A DNA stretch of 64,000 nucleotides from an uncultured Clostridia bacterium (GTDB taxonomy: Bacteria > Bacillota > Clostridia > TANB77 > CAG-508), in assembly GCA_963558185.1 (NCBI GenBank), contig CAUWFE010000003.1, positions 14,135-78,134 on the forward strand, written 5' to 3'. The position numbers and the translations under genes are program-made. Position 1 is the stretch's first letter, and every line of letters begins with the position of its first letter. Below are positions 37,374 through 48,196 of this stretch, piece by piece. The notes beneath the pieces are model-generated. The model worked only from the letters and a program-made list of their open reading frames with translations. It made no database searches and was not told the origin of the DNA.

Positions 37374-38846
37374 TTAAAAATTATCTTTATAAACATTATT
37401 TGCCTTAACCCAAATAGATACATTTCCGCCAGCAGTATAAAAAATACCATTTCCATCTTTATCAACATATACAGTTTCTTTTAAATTACCTGTAATGTCA
37501 TATAAAATACAATTTGATAAGTATTTACCAACATTCATTACTTTAGAACCACCTGGACCATCAGACATTATAACAGCCATACCAGAGTCAGAATGTTCAC
37601 TGTCACCAGTACGTGTAAAACCAATAATATTGTAATCATCAAAATAATCGGTTTCTTTCCCATAAGCAAAATATTTTCTGCATAAAATCAATTTATCTAG
37701 CCACTTTTTCATTGGAGCAACATTCTGCTTAGGAATACCGTAATAATTTCCATAAAATATGCAAGGAAGCCCAACATTTCTTAGTAGAATAAGAGCATAA
37801 GCAAGTGGTTTAAACCAGTCTTGAACCCAAGATTGAAGAGATTGTCCAATTTCTGTATCATGGTTATCAACAAATGTAATAGCTTTATCTGGGTTACAAG
37901 CAACTAATGAACCATTAAATATATTACGCATATCATAATTTCCATTACTATTAGAAGCTTGATAAAAATTATAATGTAAAGGTACATCAAATAAAGATAA
38001 GGAATTATCAACATTTGACAAGTAGTTATTAAGAGTATCTACATTAGAACTCCAATATTCTCCAATAGAAAATAAATCTTGATATGTTTCTTTCCTAAGT
38101 TCATTTAAAAATTTTTTCATAAAAGAGCAAGATATATGTTTTATTGCATCCATACGAAAACCATCTACATGTGTAGTTTCTAAATACCATTTTGCCCAAT
38201 TAAAAATTTCTTCTACTACTTCTGGATTTTCAAAGTCAACATCTTCACCCATTAAATAATCAAAATTACCATTTTCTCTATCAACATCTTCATCCCAATG
38301 TTTTCCATAAAATAAGTAAATAGAATTTTTCTTTGTATTTTCATCATAATCAACACCATCAAAGTGAGTCCAATTCCACTTAAAAGATGAATATTTATTT
38401 TTTCTTGCATCAAAAGTATATTTTGTCCATGCTTTAATTACTTTTGGGCTAGATAAAGTATAATTGCGATTTTTATAGTCTTTTTCAATGGCTAAAACAT
38501 TTTCTACACCATCAGCACCTAAACGGTGATTTAAAACAATATCTGCTAAAACTTCTATATCATTATCATGTAATTTTTCAATAGCATTAAGATATTCTTC
38601 TTTAGTACCATATTTTGTACGAATGGACCCTTTTTGTGGAAATTCTCCCAAATCATACATATCGTAAACACCATAACCAGTATCAGATATTCCAGAACTT
38701 CCTTTATAAGCTGGTGGAAGCCATATATGAGTAATTCCTATTGAAGATAAAAAATCAGCTTGATTTGCAACCTTAAGCCATAAATTATCTTCTGGTTTAG
38801 TATACCATTCAAAATAGTGCATCATCGTTTTATTTATATTTTTCAA
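37374..38846 (-). CDS. Cytoplasmic alpha-amylase (GH13)
   Basis: MMHYFEWY N-terminal signature, the GH13 catalytic regions DGFRMDAIKH and FVDNHD, and no signal peptide. Confidence 0.85.
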   Translation of the reverse strand: MKNINKTMMHYFEWYTKPEDNLWLKVANQADFLSSIGITHIWLPPAYKGSSGISDTGYGVYDMYDLGEFPQKGSIRTKYGTKEEYLNAIEKLHDNDIEVLADIVLNHRLGADGVENVLAIEKDYKNRNYTLSSPKVIKAWTKYTFDARKNKYSSFKWNWTHFDGVDYDENTKKNSIYLFYGKHWDEDVDRENGNFDYLMGEDVDFENPEVVEEIFNWAKWYLETTHVDGFRMDAIKHISCSFMKKFLNELRKETYQDLFSIGEYWSSNVDTLNNYLSNVDNSLSLFDVPLHYNFYQASNSNGNYDMRNIFNGSLVACNPDKAITFVDNHDTEIGQSLQSWVQDWFKPLAYALILLRNVGLPCIFYGNYYGIPKQNVAPMKKWLDKLILCRKYFAYGKETDYFDDYNIIGFTRTGDSEHSDSGMAVIMSDGPGGSKVMNVGKYLSNCILYDITGNLKETVYVDKDGNGIFYTAGGNVSIWVKANNVYKDNF

Positions 38847-38928
38847 AAAATCATCTCCAATATATTGAAAATTTCAACAAATGTATTATATAATAATTTT
38901 ATTAAATAAACAATAGAGGAAGATAAAA

Positions 38929-39546
38929 GTGAATAAAATTAAAAAAAATACAAAATGGATTATTTTAGGATTAACAACATCAATATTTATAATAATATTG
39001 TTATTTTTATTTGAAAATAGAATATCTTTTTTAGATAATAACATATATCATATAATTTCAAAATGGATATCTAAGCCAATGACAAATTTAGCACTTGGAA
39101 TAACTTTTTTTGGTTCAGCAACAGCAATTATAATTATAGCTATAATTACAAGTATAGTACTAGCTATAAAAAAGAAAAAATATTGGAAATATGTAGGAAT
39201 CAATTTAATAATTGTTGCTCTATGCAATCAAGTAATTAAATTTTTAGTAGCAAGACCTAGACCAGAAGGATATAGGCTTACATTAGAAAATGGATATAGC
39301 TTTCCTTCTGGGCATACAATGATAAGTGCAGGATTTTATGGATTTTTTATATATTTAATATATAAAAAAGTTAAAAACAAATATGTAAAATGGGGAACAA
39401 TTATACTTCTATCATTATTAGTGACATTAATAGGAATTAGCAGAATTTATTTAGGTGTACATTTTGCAAGTGATGTTTTAGCAGGCTTATGCTTTTCTAT
39501 ATCATATTTAATATTTTTTATAAATTTAATAAAAGAGAAAATATAA
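38929..39546 (+). CDS. PAP2-family phosphatase (undecaprenyl-diphosphatase-like)
   Basis: PAP2 motifs KxxxxxxRP (KFLVARPRP), PSGH (SFPSGHTM) and SRxxxxxHxxxD (SRIYLGVHFASDV). Confidence 0.7.
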   Translation: MNKIKKNTKWIILGLTTSIFIIILLFLFENRISFLDNNIYHIISKWISKPMTNLALGITFFGSATAIIIIAIITSIVLAIKKKKYWKYVGINLIIVALCNQVIKFLVARPRPEGYRLTLENGYSFPSGHTMISAGFYGFFIYLIYKKVKNKYVKWGTIILLSLLVTLIGISRIYLGVHFASDVLAGLCFSISYLIFFINLIKEKI

Positions 39547-39553
39547 GGAGGTA

Positions 39554-40621
39554 ATGAGTTTGAATATAGTAACAGATTTTTCAACATGGATACAATCTAA
39601 AGGTTCAGTAATATGGCTTGAACTATTAATTGTAATTTCAATAATTGTTATATTTAATTTATTTAGAGGGCAAATAGCTTACTTTATTATTAAAACTATA
39701 AAGTGGAAAGAAAAAGACAAAAAAAAGATAAAAAGTAATTCTTTTTATAAACCACTAAAAACATTTTTACTAGTATTAGTTATATATTTAGGTATATTAT
39801 ATTTAAAATTGCCAGAAAGTATAATTAGTATAGTTTCAAAATTATTTAGAGTTATTACTATTATTTTAATTGCAAATGGTTTTGCAAATTTAATAAGACC
39901 TGAATCTACAATATATAATAAATTAAAAGAAAATGAAAAATTTAAAGGCAATGATAATATATTAAATTTTATAAGCAAGATTGTAAAAATAATAACATAT
40001 ACAATTGCAACATTTGTAGTTTTAGCAGAGTTTGGATATAATTTAAATGGAATTATAGCAGGATTAGGACTTGGAAGTGTGGTAGTAGCTTTAGCTTCTC
40101 AAGATATTGCAAAAAGCCTATTTGCAGGAGCTATGATATTTATGGATAAACCTTTTACTATAGGTGATTACATATTAGTTGCAAATTATGAAGGAACAGT
40201 AGAGGATATTAAGTTTAGAAGTACTAGAATTCGTTTATTAGATGGAAGTGTAGTTACAATACCTAATCACTTAATTACAGAATCGAATATTAATAATTGG
40301 AATGGAATTGAACAAAGAAGATATAAAACAGATATAAAATTGTCAATTGATAATGAATTAAGTATAATAAAAGAATTTATAGTAGAATTAAAAAATGCAT
40401 TAAATAATAATGGTAATATAAAAGAAAATAGTGCCAATGTAACATTTTCAGAAATAAAAGAAGATAGTTTTGTAATAACAATCTATTTTTACACAAATGT
40501 TGTAAATTATGTAGAATATATAGAATTAAAACAGTCAGTTAATTTTTATATTATGGATTTGTTAAAACAAAAAAATCTAAAATTATCATGCAATGCATCA
40601 AGAATAACATTAGAAAAATAG
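39554..40621 (+). CDS. Mechanosensitive ion channel (MscS family)
   Basis: N-terminal TM helices, then the MscS beta-domain FTIGDYILVANYEGTVEDIKFRSTRIRLLDGSVVTIPN. Confidence 0.8.
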   Translation: MSLNIVTDFSTWIQSKGSVIWLELLIVISIIVIFNLFRGQIAYFIIKTIKWKEKDKKKIKSNSFYKPLKTFLLVLVIYLGILYLKLPESIISIVSKLFRVITIILIANGFANLIRPESTIYNKLKENEKFKGNDNILNFISKIVKIITYTIATFVVLAEFGYNLNGIIAGLGLGSVVVALASQDIAKSLFAGAMIFMDKPFTIGDYILVANYEGTVEDIKFRSTRIRLLDGSVVTIPNHLITESNINNWNGIEQRRYKTDIKLSIDNELSIIKEFIVELKNALNNNGNIKENSANVTFSEIKEDSFVITIYFYTNVVNYVEYIELKQSVNFYIMDLLKQKNLKLSCNASRITLEK

Positions 40622-40668
40622 AATAAAATATATGCTTTTGGTAAAAATACATTTTAGGAGGATTTGAG

Positions 40669-41673
40669 ATGTTTTTACCAGAAGCTATTTTTTTTGAAAA
40701 AGAAATTGAAAAGTATAAATTAGGTGAGGAGCTAATAACACTATATAAAAACTATAATGTACCATTTTATGAAATAGAAAATCATAATAATATAGAAGAA
40801 ATGAGAAAAAAAGAAAATAAAGATTTTCCAAAGATGAAAAGAAATTTAATATTAGGAATAAGAAAAACACATAATTATGTAGAAAATCATAAAGTTTCTG
40901 ATTTTTTAGTACCATATACATCATCAGGCTGTATTGCAATGTGTTTATATTGCTACTTAGTATGCAATTATAATAAATGCTCATATCTTAGAATATTTGT
41001 AAATAGAGAGTATATGCTAGATAAATTAATAAATAAAGCTCAAAAAGCAGAAAAAGAGCTAACTTTTGAAATTGGTAGTAATAGTGATTTAGTATTAGAA
41101 AATACAATTACACACAATTTAGAGTGGACAATAGAGAATTTTGCAAATACAACTAAAGGAAAAATAACTTTTCCAACTAAATTTAGTATGATAGATTCTC
41201 TTTTAGAACTTAATCATAAAGGTAAGGTAATAATTCGCATGAGTGTTAACCCAGAGGAAATTATTAAAGAAATTGAAAAAGGAACCTCTCCATTAAAGCA
41301 AAGAATAGAAGCAATTAATAAGTTAAAAGAAGCTGGATATGAGGTGGGAATTTTAATAGCACCAGTAATTTTAGTAGATAATTATAAATTATTATATAAA
41401 AATTTAATAAATTATATGTATGAAAATTTAAGCAAAAAAGCTAAAAAAGATATATTCTTTGAAATTATATTTATGACATATAGTTATGTTCATAGGAAAA
41501 TTAATGAAGAGGCATTTCCTAAAAGTAATGATTTATATTCTAAAGAACTAATGGCAATGAAAGGAAAGGGAAAATATAGATATAAAAATGAAATAAAACA
41601 AGAAGCAGAAAAATATATAGTTGAATTATTATCACAAAAATTTAAAGATAATAAAATTATATATATTGTTTAA
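40669..41673 (+). CDS. splB: Spore photoproduct lyase (radical SAM)
   Basis: CIAMCLYCYL is the CX3CX2C cluster. It aligns to B. subtilis SplB in the SSKPSAEY-like, TFEIGSNSDLV and EKGTSPLKQRIEA blocks. Confidence 0.85.
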   Translation: MFLPEAIFFEKEIEKYKLGEELITLYKNYNVPFYEIENHNNIEEMRKKENKDFPKMKRNLILGIRKTHNYVENHKVSDFLVPYTSSGCIAMCLYCYLVCNYNKCSYLRIFVNREYMLDKLINKAQKAEKELTFEIGSNSDLVLENTITHNLEWTIENFANTTKGKITFPTKFSMIDSLLELNHKGKVIIRMSVNPEEIIKEIEKGTSPLKQRIEAINKLKEAGYEVGILIAPVILVDNYKLLYKNLINYMYENLSKKAKKDIFFEIIFMTYSYVHRKINEEAFPKSNDLYSKELMAMKGKGKYRYKNEIKQEAEKYIVELLSQKFKDNKIIYIV

Positions 41674-41710
41674 AATGTTACTGGATATTGGTTTTTATTA
41701 TTTTTTTGGT

Positions 41711-41763
41711 AAAATGCCTTGAAATATAAGCTTTGAATGAAAAGCTTATATTTCAAGGCATTC
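41711..41763. repeat. Minimal copy of the repeat family: arms only, forming a 22-23 bp perfect hairpin
   Basis: AAATGCCTTGAAATATAAGCTTT-gaatga-AAAGCTTATATTTCAAGGCATT. The same arm sequence as copy 1, but with no 140-bp core. Confidence 0.75.
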
Positions 41764-41889
41764 CTTGCATTAATTTACAGAAAACATTATTTAGTAACTT
41801 TAAAATATATAATTAAAAAATTAAACTTGTAATTTAATGTAAATTATGCTAATATAATAACATAAAAAATTAAGAAAGAAGGGGGAAAA

Positions 41890-43476
41890 ATGGAGAAAAA
41901 AACATTTTATGTAACAACACCAATTTATTATCCAAGTGGAAGATTTCATATAGGTACAGCATATACAACTTTACTTGCAGATACTATGAAAAGATATAAA
42001 AAACAAAGAGGATATGATACATATATGTTAACTGGACTTGATGAACATGGACAAAAAATACAAACAGTAGCAGAAACAAAAGGAATATCCCCTAAACAAC
42101 ATGTGGATGATATAGCTGATTATGCTAAAAAATTATGGAAAAAGATGAATATAGAATATGACGATTTTATACGTACAACAGAACCAAGACATGAAAAAAT
42201 AGTTGAAAAAATATTTGAACAATTACTAAAACAAGGAGATATATACAAAGGAGAATATGAAGGTTGGTATTGTATGCCTTGCGAAACTTATTTTACAGAA
42301 ACACAATTAGTAGATGGAAAATGTCCTGATTGTGGAAGAGAAGTAAAAAAGATGAGAGAAGAATCATATTTTTTCAATATGAAAAAATACCAAGATAGAT
42401 TAATAAAATTTTATGAAGAAAATCCAAACTTTATTGAACCAGTATATAGAAAAAATGAATTATTTAATAATTTTATAAAACCAGGGTTAGAAGATTTATG
42501 TATAACTAGAACAAGTTTTGACTGGGGTATAAAAGTTCCAAGTGATCCAAAACATGTAATTTATGTGTGGTTAGATGCATTAATAAATTATATAACAGCA
42601 TTAGGATATGGAAGTGAAGATGATAGTAAATTCAAAAAGTATTGGCCAGCAGACTTGCAAATAGTAGGAAAAGATATTATACGTTTTCATGGTATATATT
42701 GGCCAATATTCTTAATGGCACTTAATTTACCACTTCCTAAGAAATTGTATTCACATGGATTTATAATGATGAAAGATGGAAAAATGAGTAAATCAAAGGG
42801 AAATGTAGTATATCCAGAATTATTAATAGATAGATATGGTTTAGATGCAACAAAGTACTTCTTATTACGTGAATTTCCATATGGACAAGATACAGTATTT
42901 TCACCAGAAGGATTTATAGAAAGATTTAATTATGATTTATGTAATGATTTAGGAAATTTACTAAATAGAACTATAGGTATGATGAATAAATACTTTGAAG
43001 GAATAATTCCAGAAAATGTAGGTAAAATTAATTTAGTAGATGAAGAATTAGAAGATTTTGTACAAAATAAAATTTGCGAATTTGAAAATAATATGGAAAC
43101 AGTTCATATAAGTAATGCTATGGAAAATATTTTTCAAATTGTATCAAGAAGTAACAAATACATTGATGAAACAATGCCATGGACACTTGCTAAATCTGAA
43201 AATGAAGAAGATAGAGAAAAATTAAAATCAGTATTATATCACTTAGCAGAAAATTTAAGAATTATAGCAGTATTGTTACAATCAAGTATGTTAGAAACAT
43301 CTAATAAAATTTCAAATCAATTAAATATAAATGAGAATAACATGACTTGGAATTCTATAAAAGAATATGGAAATATTATAAGTGGTAATAAAGTAATAGA
43401 AAAAGGAGAACCTTTATTTGTTAGGCTAGATAAAGAAGAGGAAATAGAATATATTAGAGAAGGAATGAAAAAATAA
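41890..43476 (+). CDS. metG: Methionine--tRNA ligase (short form without C-terminal tRNA-binding domain)
   Basis: HIGH motif as PIYYPSGRFHIGTAYT, KMSKS motif as KMSKSKGN, and a zinc knuckle CMPCETY...CPDCG. Confidence 0.9.
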   Translation: MEKKTFYVTTPIYYPSGRFHIGTAYTTLLADTMKRYKKQRGYDTYMLTGLDEHGQKIQTVAETKGISPKQHVDDIADYAKKLWKKMNIEYDDFIRTTEPRHEKIVEKIFEQLLKQGDIYKGEYEGWYCMPCETYFTETQLVDGKCPDCGREVKKMREESYFFNMKKYQDRLIKFYEENPNFIEPVYRKNELFNNFIKPGLEDLCITRTSFDWGIKVPSDPKHVIYVWLDALINYITALGYGSEDDSKFKKYWPADLQIVGKDIIRFHGIYWPIFLMALNLPLPKKLYSHGFIMMKDGKMSKSKGNVVYPELLIDRYGLDATKYFLLREFPYGQDTVFSPEGFIERFNYDLCNDLGNLLNRTIGMMNKYFEGIIPENVGKINLVDEELEDFVQNKICEFENNMETVHISNAMENIFQIVSRSNKYIDETMPWTLAKSENEEDREKLKSVLYHLAENLRIIAVLLQSSMLETSNKISNQLNINENNMTWNSIKEYGNIISGNKVIEKGEPLFVRLDKEEEIEYIREGMKK

Positions 43477-43571
43477 TATAAAATTCACCAAAAAGACATA
43501 TTAGAATTATATAATAATTAAAACAGGAGGATTTCAATAATCCTCCTTATTTCAAAGAAGGAGAAAAAATA

Positions 43572-44249
43572 ATGAATGATGTAACTGTTTTGGTAGTAGA
43601 TGATGAATCAAGAATGAGAAAATTAGTAAAAGACTTTCTACAGCAAAAAGATTATAAAGTATTAGAAGCAGCAGATGGAGAAGAAGCATTACATATTTTT
43701 GAAGAGAACGAAAATAAAATAGGAATAATATTATTAGACGTAATGATGCCGAAATTAGATGGATGGTCAGTGTTAAGACAAATAAGGCAAACTTCAAAAG
43801 TTCCAATTATAATGCTTACTGCAAGAGGAGAAGAACAAGATGAATTATTTGGATTTGAATTAGGTGTAGATGAATATATATCAAAACCGTTTAGTCCTAA
43901 AATACTAGTTGCAAGAGTAGAGGCAATACTAAAAAGGTCTAGAGCAAATGAAACTCAAACTAAAGATTATGGTGGTATTGTAATAGATAGTGAAGGAAGA
44001 ACAGTAAAAATAGATGGAAAGCAAATAGATTTAAGTTTAAGGGAATATGAACTTTTAAAATATTTGATGGATAACCAAAATATTGCATTATCACGTGATA
44101 AAATATTAAATAATGTATGGAATTATGATTATTATGGAGATTCAAGAACTATAGATAGTCACATAAAAAAAATTAGACATAAATTAGGTAAAAAAGGTAA
44201 ATATATTGAAACTATGAGAGGGGTAGGGTACAAATTTGAGGTAAAATAA
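43572..44249 (+). CDS. OmpR-family response regulator
   Basis: Receiver domain (VLVVDDE, LLDVMMPKLDG) and a winged-helix C-terminus (LSLREYELLKYL...TIDSHIKKIRHKL). Confidence 0.85.
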   Translation: MNDVTVLVVDDESRMRKLVKDFLQQKDYKVLEAADGEEALHIFEENENKIGIILLDVMMPKLDGWSVLRQIRQTSKVPIIMLTARGEEQDELFGFELGVDEYISKPFSPKILVARVEAILKRSRANETQTKDYGGIVIDSEGRTVKIDGKQIDLSLREYELLKYLMDNQNIALSRDKILNNVWNYDYYGDSRTIDSHIKKIRHKLGKKGKYIETMRGVGYKFEVK

Positions 44250-44314
44250 GGAAGTGCGGGTTATAAATTCTTTTCAAACCAAATTTGTACCTTGCGGAAG
44301 GAATGGGATAAAAA

Positions 44315-45826
44315 ATGGAAAAATTAAAGAAAAAATTTAGCTCAGTGAGAGTAAAATTATTTTTTTCTTTATGTATAGTAGTCATTTCAATTATACTATT
44401 TTTAATAGTTATAAATAATGTGGTGTTAGAAACTTTTTATATATACTCTAAAACTAAAAACATAGTTGAAGCATATGAAAAAATAAATTACATGTATAAT
44501 CAAATAGAAAATGGTGTAACAGGAATAGATGTAGAAACAGAATTAAATAAAATCGCAGTAAAAAATGAATTTGATATTGTTGTGGAAAATGAACAATATA
44601 TTACACTATACACAACAGATTCTAATTTTAATTCATTATTAGAAAAAATTAATATATATGCACAAAGCAATAAAAAGTTGACAAATAATCAAATTATATA
44701 TTCAAAAGACAATATAAAAATTGAAAAAGTAGTAGATGAAAAAGATGGCATGAATTATATAATTTTAAATGCAACGTTAGAAAATAATTATAGACTATTT
44801 ATACGTATACAAGCAGAAACAATACAAGAAAGTGTACGAGTTTCTAATAATTTATTAATTCTTATAGGAATAGTTTCAGTGATAATTGCAGGAATTTTAG
44901 CTTCATTTATTTCTAGAAAATTTACAGAACCTATATTAGAGTTAAATGAAATTGCTAAAAATATGTCAAAACTAGATTTTAGAAAGAAATATGAAATAAA
45001 AGATACAAATGACGAGATTAATGATTTAGGAAGAAGTATTAATATAATGTCTCAGAAATTGGAAACAACAATAAAGCAATTAAGAAATAATAATATAGAA
45101 TTGGAAAAAGATATAGAAGAAAAATCTAAAATAGATGAAATGCGTAAACAATTTATATCAGATGTATCTCATGAATTGAAAACTCCAATAGCACTTATTC
45201 AAGGTTATGCAGAAGGATTAATTGAAAACGTAAATAATGATGAAGAATCTAGAAATTTTTATGCACAAGTTATATTAGATGAATCAAATAAAATGGATAT
45301 ATTAGTTAAGCAATTATTAGAATTGATGAAACTAGAATATGGAAAAAGAGAATTTAATAATGAAACATTTGACATAATAGAATTAATAAAAGAAGTTATT
45401 AGAAAATGTAATGTGATGCTAAAAGAAAAGAATATAGAAGTAGAATTTAGCACATTAGAGCCAACTTATGTATTTGCAGATGAATTTTATATAGAACAAG
45501 TGGTAACTAATTATATTACAAATGCTATAAAACATTGTGAAGAAAAAAATGGAAAAAGAGTAATTAAAGTTAATGTAGAAAAAGTAAAAGATAAAATAAG
45601 GGTTAAAGTGTATAATTCAGGAGAACAAATAGGTGAAGAAGATTTAGAGCGTATATGGAAAAGATTTTATAAAATAGATAGTTCACGAAATCGAGATGAT
45701 GGTGGAACTGGAATTGGTTTATCTCTTGTAAAAGCAATTATGAATAACTATGGAAATCAATATGGAGTTGAAAATAAAGAAGAGGGAGTAGAGTTTTACT
45801 TTGACCTAGAAAGTGCAAAAAAATAA
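44315..45826 (+). CDS. Sensor histidine kinase (two TM helices, HAMP, HisKA, HATPase_c)
   Basis: H-box FISDVSHELKTPIA. N, G1 and G2 boxes are present (NAIKH, GTGIGLSLVKAIM). Confidence 0.85.
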   Translation: MEKLKKKFSSVRVKLFFSLCIVVISIILFLIVINNVVLETFYIYSKTKNIVEAYEKINYMYNQIENGVTGIDVETELNKIAVKNEFDIVVENEQYITLYTTDSNFNSLLEKINIYAQSNKKLTNNQIIYSKDNIKIEKVVDEKDGMNYIILNATLENNYRLFIRIQAETIQESVRVSNNLLILIGIVSVIIAGILASFISRKFTEPILELNEIAKNMSKLDFRKKYEIKDTNDEINDLGRSINIMSQKLETTIKQLRNNNIELEKDIEEKSKIDEMRKQFISDVSHELKTPIALIQGYAEGLIENVNNDEESRNFYAQVILDESNKMDILVKQLLELMKLEYGKREFNNETFDIIELIKEVIRKCNVMLKEKNIEVEFSTLEPTYVFADEFYIEQVVTNYITNAIKHCEEKNGKRVIKVNVEKVKDKIRVKVYNSGEQIGEEDLERIWKRFYKIDSSRNRDDGGTGIGLSLVKAIMNNYGNQYGVENKEEGVEFYFDLESAKK

Positions 45827-46075
45827 TAAATACAAAGTCATTAGAAGAATTAGAATTGGCTTCTAATGGCTTTTTTTGTGCATTATTTGTCAGAATTTGT
45901 CGAAAATATCTTTAAAAAAAGACTTTACAAAACTGTAAATATATGGTAATATATATCCAGCTTTTAAATTGCAATTTAAATCAAAAAAGTTAATTCATTA
46001 GATTTTTATCATTAATTTAATTCTTAGTAAAAATCTAACTAATTAAAATCAATTTAAGGTAGGTGAATTGTATGA

Positions 46076-46654
46076 ATGTTATTATGTAATAAAAAAAATG
46101 TAATTATACTATCATTAATTTTATCAATCATTATTCTTTTTGGAATTCATTTTATATTAATAGATGTTGATAATAAAAAAAGTACTCAAAATAATTTACA
46201 ATCTCAAGTAACTTTAAAAATATCAAAACAAAAGTTAAAAACAAATAATTATGAATCATTATTTATATATCAAAAAACCAGTAATTGGAGAATAAAAATT
46301 CCAAGAATTAATTTAGATGCTGCTATACAAGAAGGTACAAGTACAGCTACTATGAGGCAAGCAGTAGCTCATTTTGAAAATACAAGTAAATGGAATGGAA
46401 ATGTTTGCTTAGCAGCACACAATAGAGGATATAAATATAATTTTTTCGCACTAATTAAAAATCTAAAAAAGGGTGACATTATAATATATAAGTTAGGAGA
46501 TGAAGAAAGAGTATATGAAGTAGAAAAAAATATGCTAATTCCAGAAACAGAATGGTCATATTTAGAAAAGAGTAATGATAACAAAATCACATTAATTACT
46601 TGTGTAGAAAACAAACCTGAATATAGAATTTGTGTACAAAGTAAAGAAATATGA
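46076..46654 (+). CDS. Sortase (SrtA-like transpeptidase)
   Basis: N-terminal TM anchor, the catalytic His in LAAHNRG, the TLITC cysteine motif and a downstream Arg in YRICV. Confidence 0.75.
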   Translation: MLLCNKKNVIILSLILSIIILFGIHFILIDVDNKKSTQNNLQSQVTLKISKQKLKTNNYESLFIYQKTSNWRIKIPRINLDAAIQEGTSTATMRQAVAHFENTSKWNGNVCLAAHNRGYKYNFFALIKNLKKGDIIIYKLGDEERVYEVEKNMLIPETEWSYLEKSNDNKITLITCVENKPEYRICVQSKEI

Positions 46655-46666
46655 GAAGGGAGTAAA

Positions 46667-47254
46667 ATGAAAAAAAGGAAAATAAATAAAAAAACTATAA
46701 TAATTCTTTGTATTGTGCTATTGTTGCTACTTAGTATATTAGGAGGATATACATATTCAAAATATTATACAAGAGTAACAGGTAGTGGAAAAATACAAGT
46801 AGGAAAATGGGCTTTTAAAGTAAATGGTGAAACTAGCCAAATGGCAAATATAAATTTAGCACAAACATATGATGAATCTACATTAGTAGAAGGAAGAATT
46901 GCACCAGGAACAAAAGGTTCTTTTGATATTGTTATTGATGCAACTGGAAGTGAAACATCATTAAGATATATGGTAATATTTAGTGAAACTAGAAGACCAC
47001 CAACATTATATTGGGAATATAATGGAAAAAGATATACACATATTGTAGATATGAATAATGATCTAGAAGGTATAATTAATGCAAATGATGAAAACAAAAT
47101 AATAACAATGACAATAAAATGGGAGTGGCCTTTTGAAATAAAAGATACAGTAACAGGAGATGCTAAGGACACAGAATATGGTTCTACAATTGAAGAATAT
47201 GGTATTGATGTAGGAGTTATGGGATATCAATTAAATCCACAAATTGCACAATGA
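46667..47254 (+). CDS. Secreted protein with a signal of the class that SipW cleaves (TasA/camelysin-like candidate fibre subunit)
   Basis: Signal-anchor, then the motif YSKYYTRVTGSGKIQVGKWAF, paralogous to the start of the ORF at 47696. Beta-rich and about 190 aa. It flanks sipW. Confidence 0.5.
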   Translation: MKKRKINKKTIIILCIVLLLLLSILGGYTYSKYYTRVTGSGKIQVGKWAFKVNGETSQMANINLAQTYDESTLVEGRIAPGTKGSFDIVIDATGSETSLRYMVIFSETRRPPTLYWEYNGKRYTHIVDMNNDLEGIINANDENKIITMTIKWEWPFEIKDTVTGDAKDTEYGSTIEEYGIDVGVMGYQLNPQIAQ

Positions 47255-47691
47255 AAAGACTAAAAAATGTTATATTTATTATTATTTTGCTTCTATTATT
47301 AATTGTAATTGGCATTATAAAAACAAAATTGCCAAATCATAAAATACAAATATGTGGTTTTAGTATATGGATAGTAGAAACAGGTAGTATGTTACCAGAA
47401 TTAAACATTGGTGAAGCAATAATAATAAAGGAAAATAAAGATTATGAAATTGGAGATGTAATAACATATAAAGAAAAAAATTTATATTATGTAACACATA
47501 GAATTGTAGAAAAAACACCAGAGGGATTTTATACAAAAGGTGATAATAACAATGTTAAAGATGAAGATATAGTTTTATTAAATCAAATAGAGGGAAAGGT
47601 GGTGTTTCATTCTATTATATTAGGATATATAATTAAATATAGTTGGATTTTAATCATTCTTCTACTTTTAGTAATTATTCTATGCACATGA
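47251..47691 (+). CDS. sipW: Signal peptidase I, SipW (ER/archaeal) type
   Basis: VETGSMLPEL carries the catalytic Ser. Other SipW-type blocks are GDVITYK, VTHRIV and TKGDNNNVKDED. The start overlaps the upstream stop. Confidence 0.8.
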   Translation: MKRLKNVIFIIILLLLLIVIGIIKTKLPNHKIQICGFSIWIVETGSMLPELNIGEAIIIKENKDYEIGDVITYKEKNLYYVTHRIVEKTPEGFYTKGDNNNVKDEDIVLLNQIEGKVVFHSIILGYIIKYSWILIILLLLVIILCT

Positions 47692-47695
47692 AACT

Positions 47696-48190
47696 ATGAA
47701 TAAAAAGATAATAAAATTAAAAAATAAAAAAATTGCAATAATATTTATAATAATACTATTTATAACTTTTTTTATTACAGGAACAGTATTTGCAAAATAT
47801 GTATCAAAAATAACAGGAAAAGGAATTGCATATATAGCTAAACCTATAGTAGAATTAGTTGGAAATAATACTTTAAATTTAGATATATCTAAAGAAAATT
47901 CAAAATACTATTTTGAAGTGAAAAATTATAATGAAGAAAATGAAATAACAGAAGTAAAAATGGAATATTACATAGAAATACAAATAGATAAGCCAAGTAA
48001 TATAAAATATGAGATATATAAAATAAATGAAAATAAAAGAGAAAAAATAGAAATGAAAAATGAAAAGAGTAGAAAATTTACTTTAAGAGTGAAAGAAAAA
48101 CAAATAGATAAATATTGTATAGAAATAAATAATAAAGAAACAAAAGAATGTCAAATGCAAATTAAAATTTTATCAAAACAAATAGAGTAG
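47696..48190 (+). CDS. Secreted protein paralogous to the 46667 ORF, with the same signal class
   Basis: Signal-anchor, then FAKYVSKITGKGIAYIAKPIVEL, paralogous to 46667. Confidence 0.5.
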   Translation: MNKKIIKLKNKKIAIIFIIILFITFFITGTVFAKYVSKITGKGIAYIAKPIVELVGNNTLNLDISKENSKYYFEVKNYNEENEITEVKMEYYIEIQIDKPSNIKYEIYKINENKREKIEMKNEKSRKFTLRVKEKQIDKYCIEINNKETKECQMQIKILSKQIE

Positions 48191-48196
48191 GTAAAA

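Noticed and set aside
41780-41889. Possible T-box upstream of metG
   Set aside because: The leader is only about 110 nt, with no T-box consensus (AGGGTGGNACCGCG) and no specifier-loop architecture.
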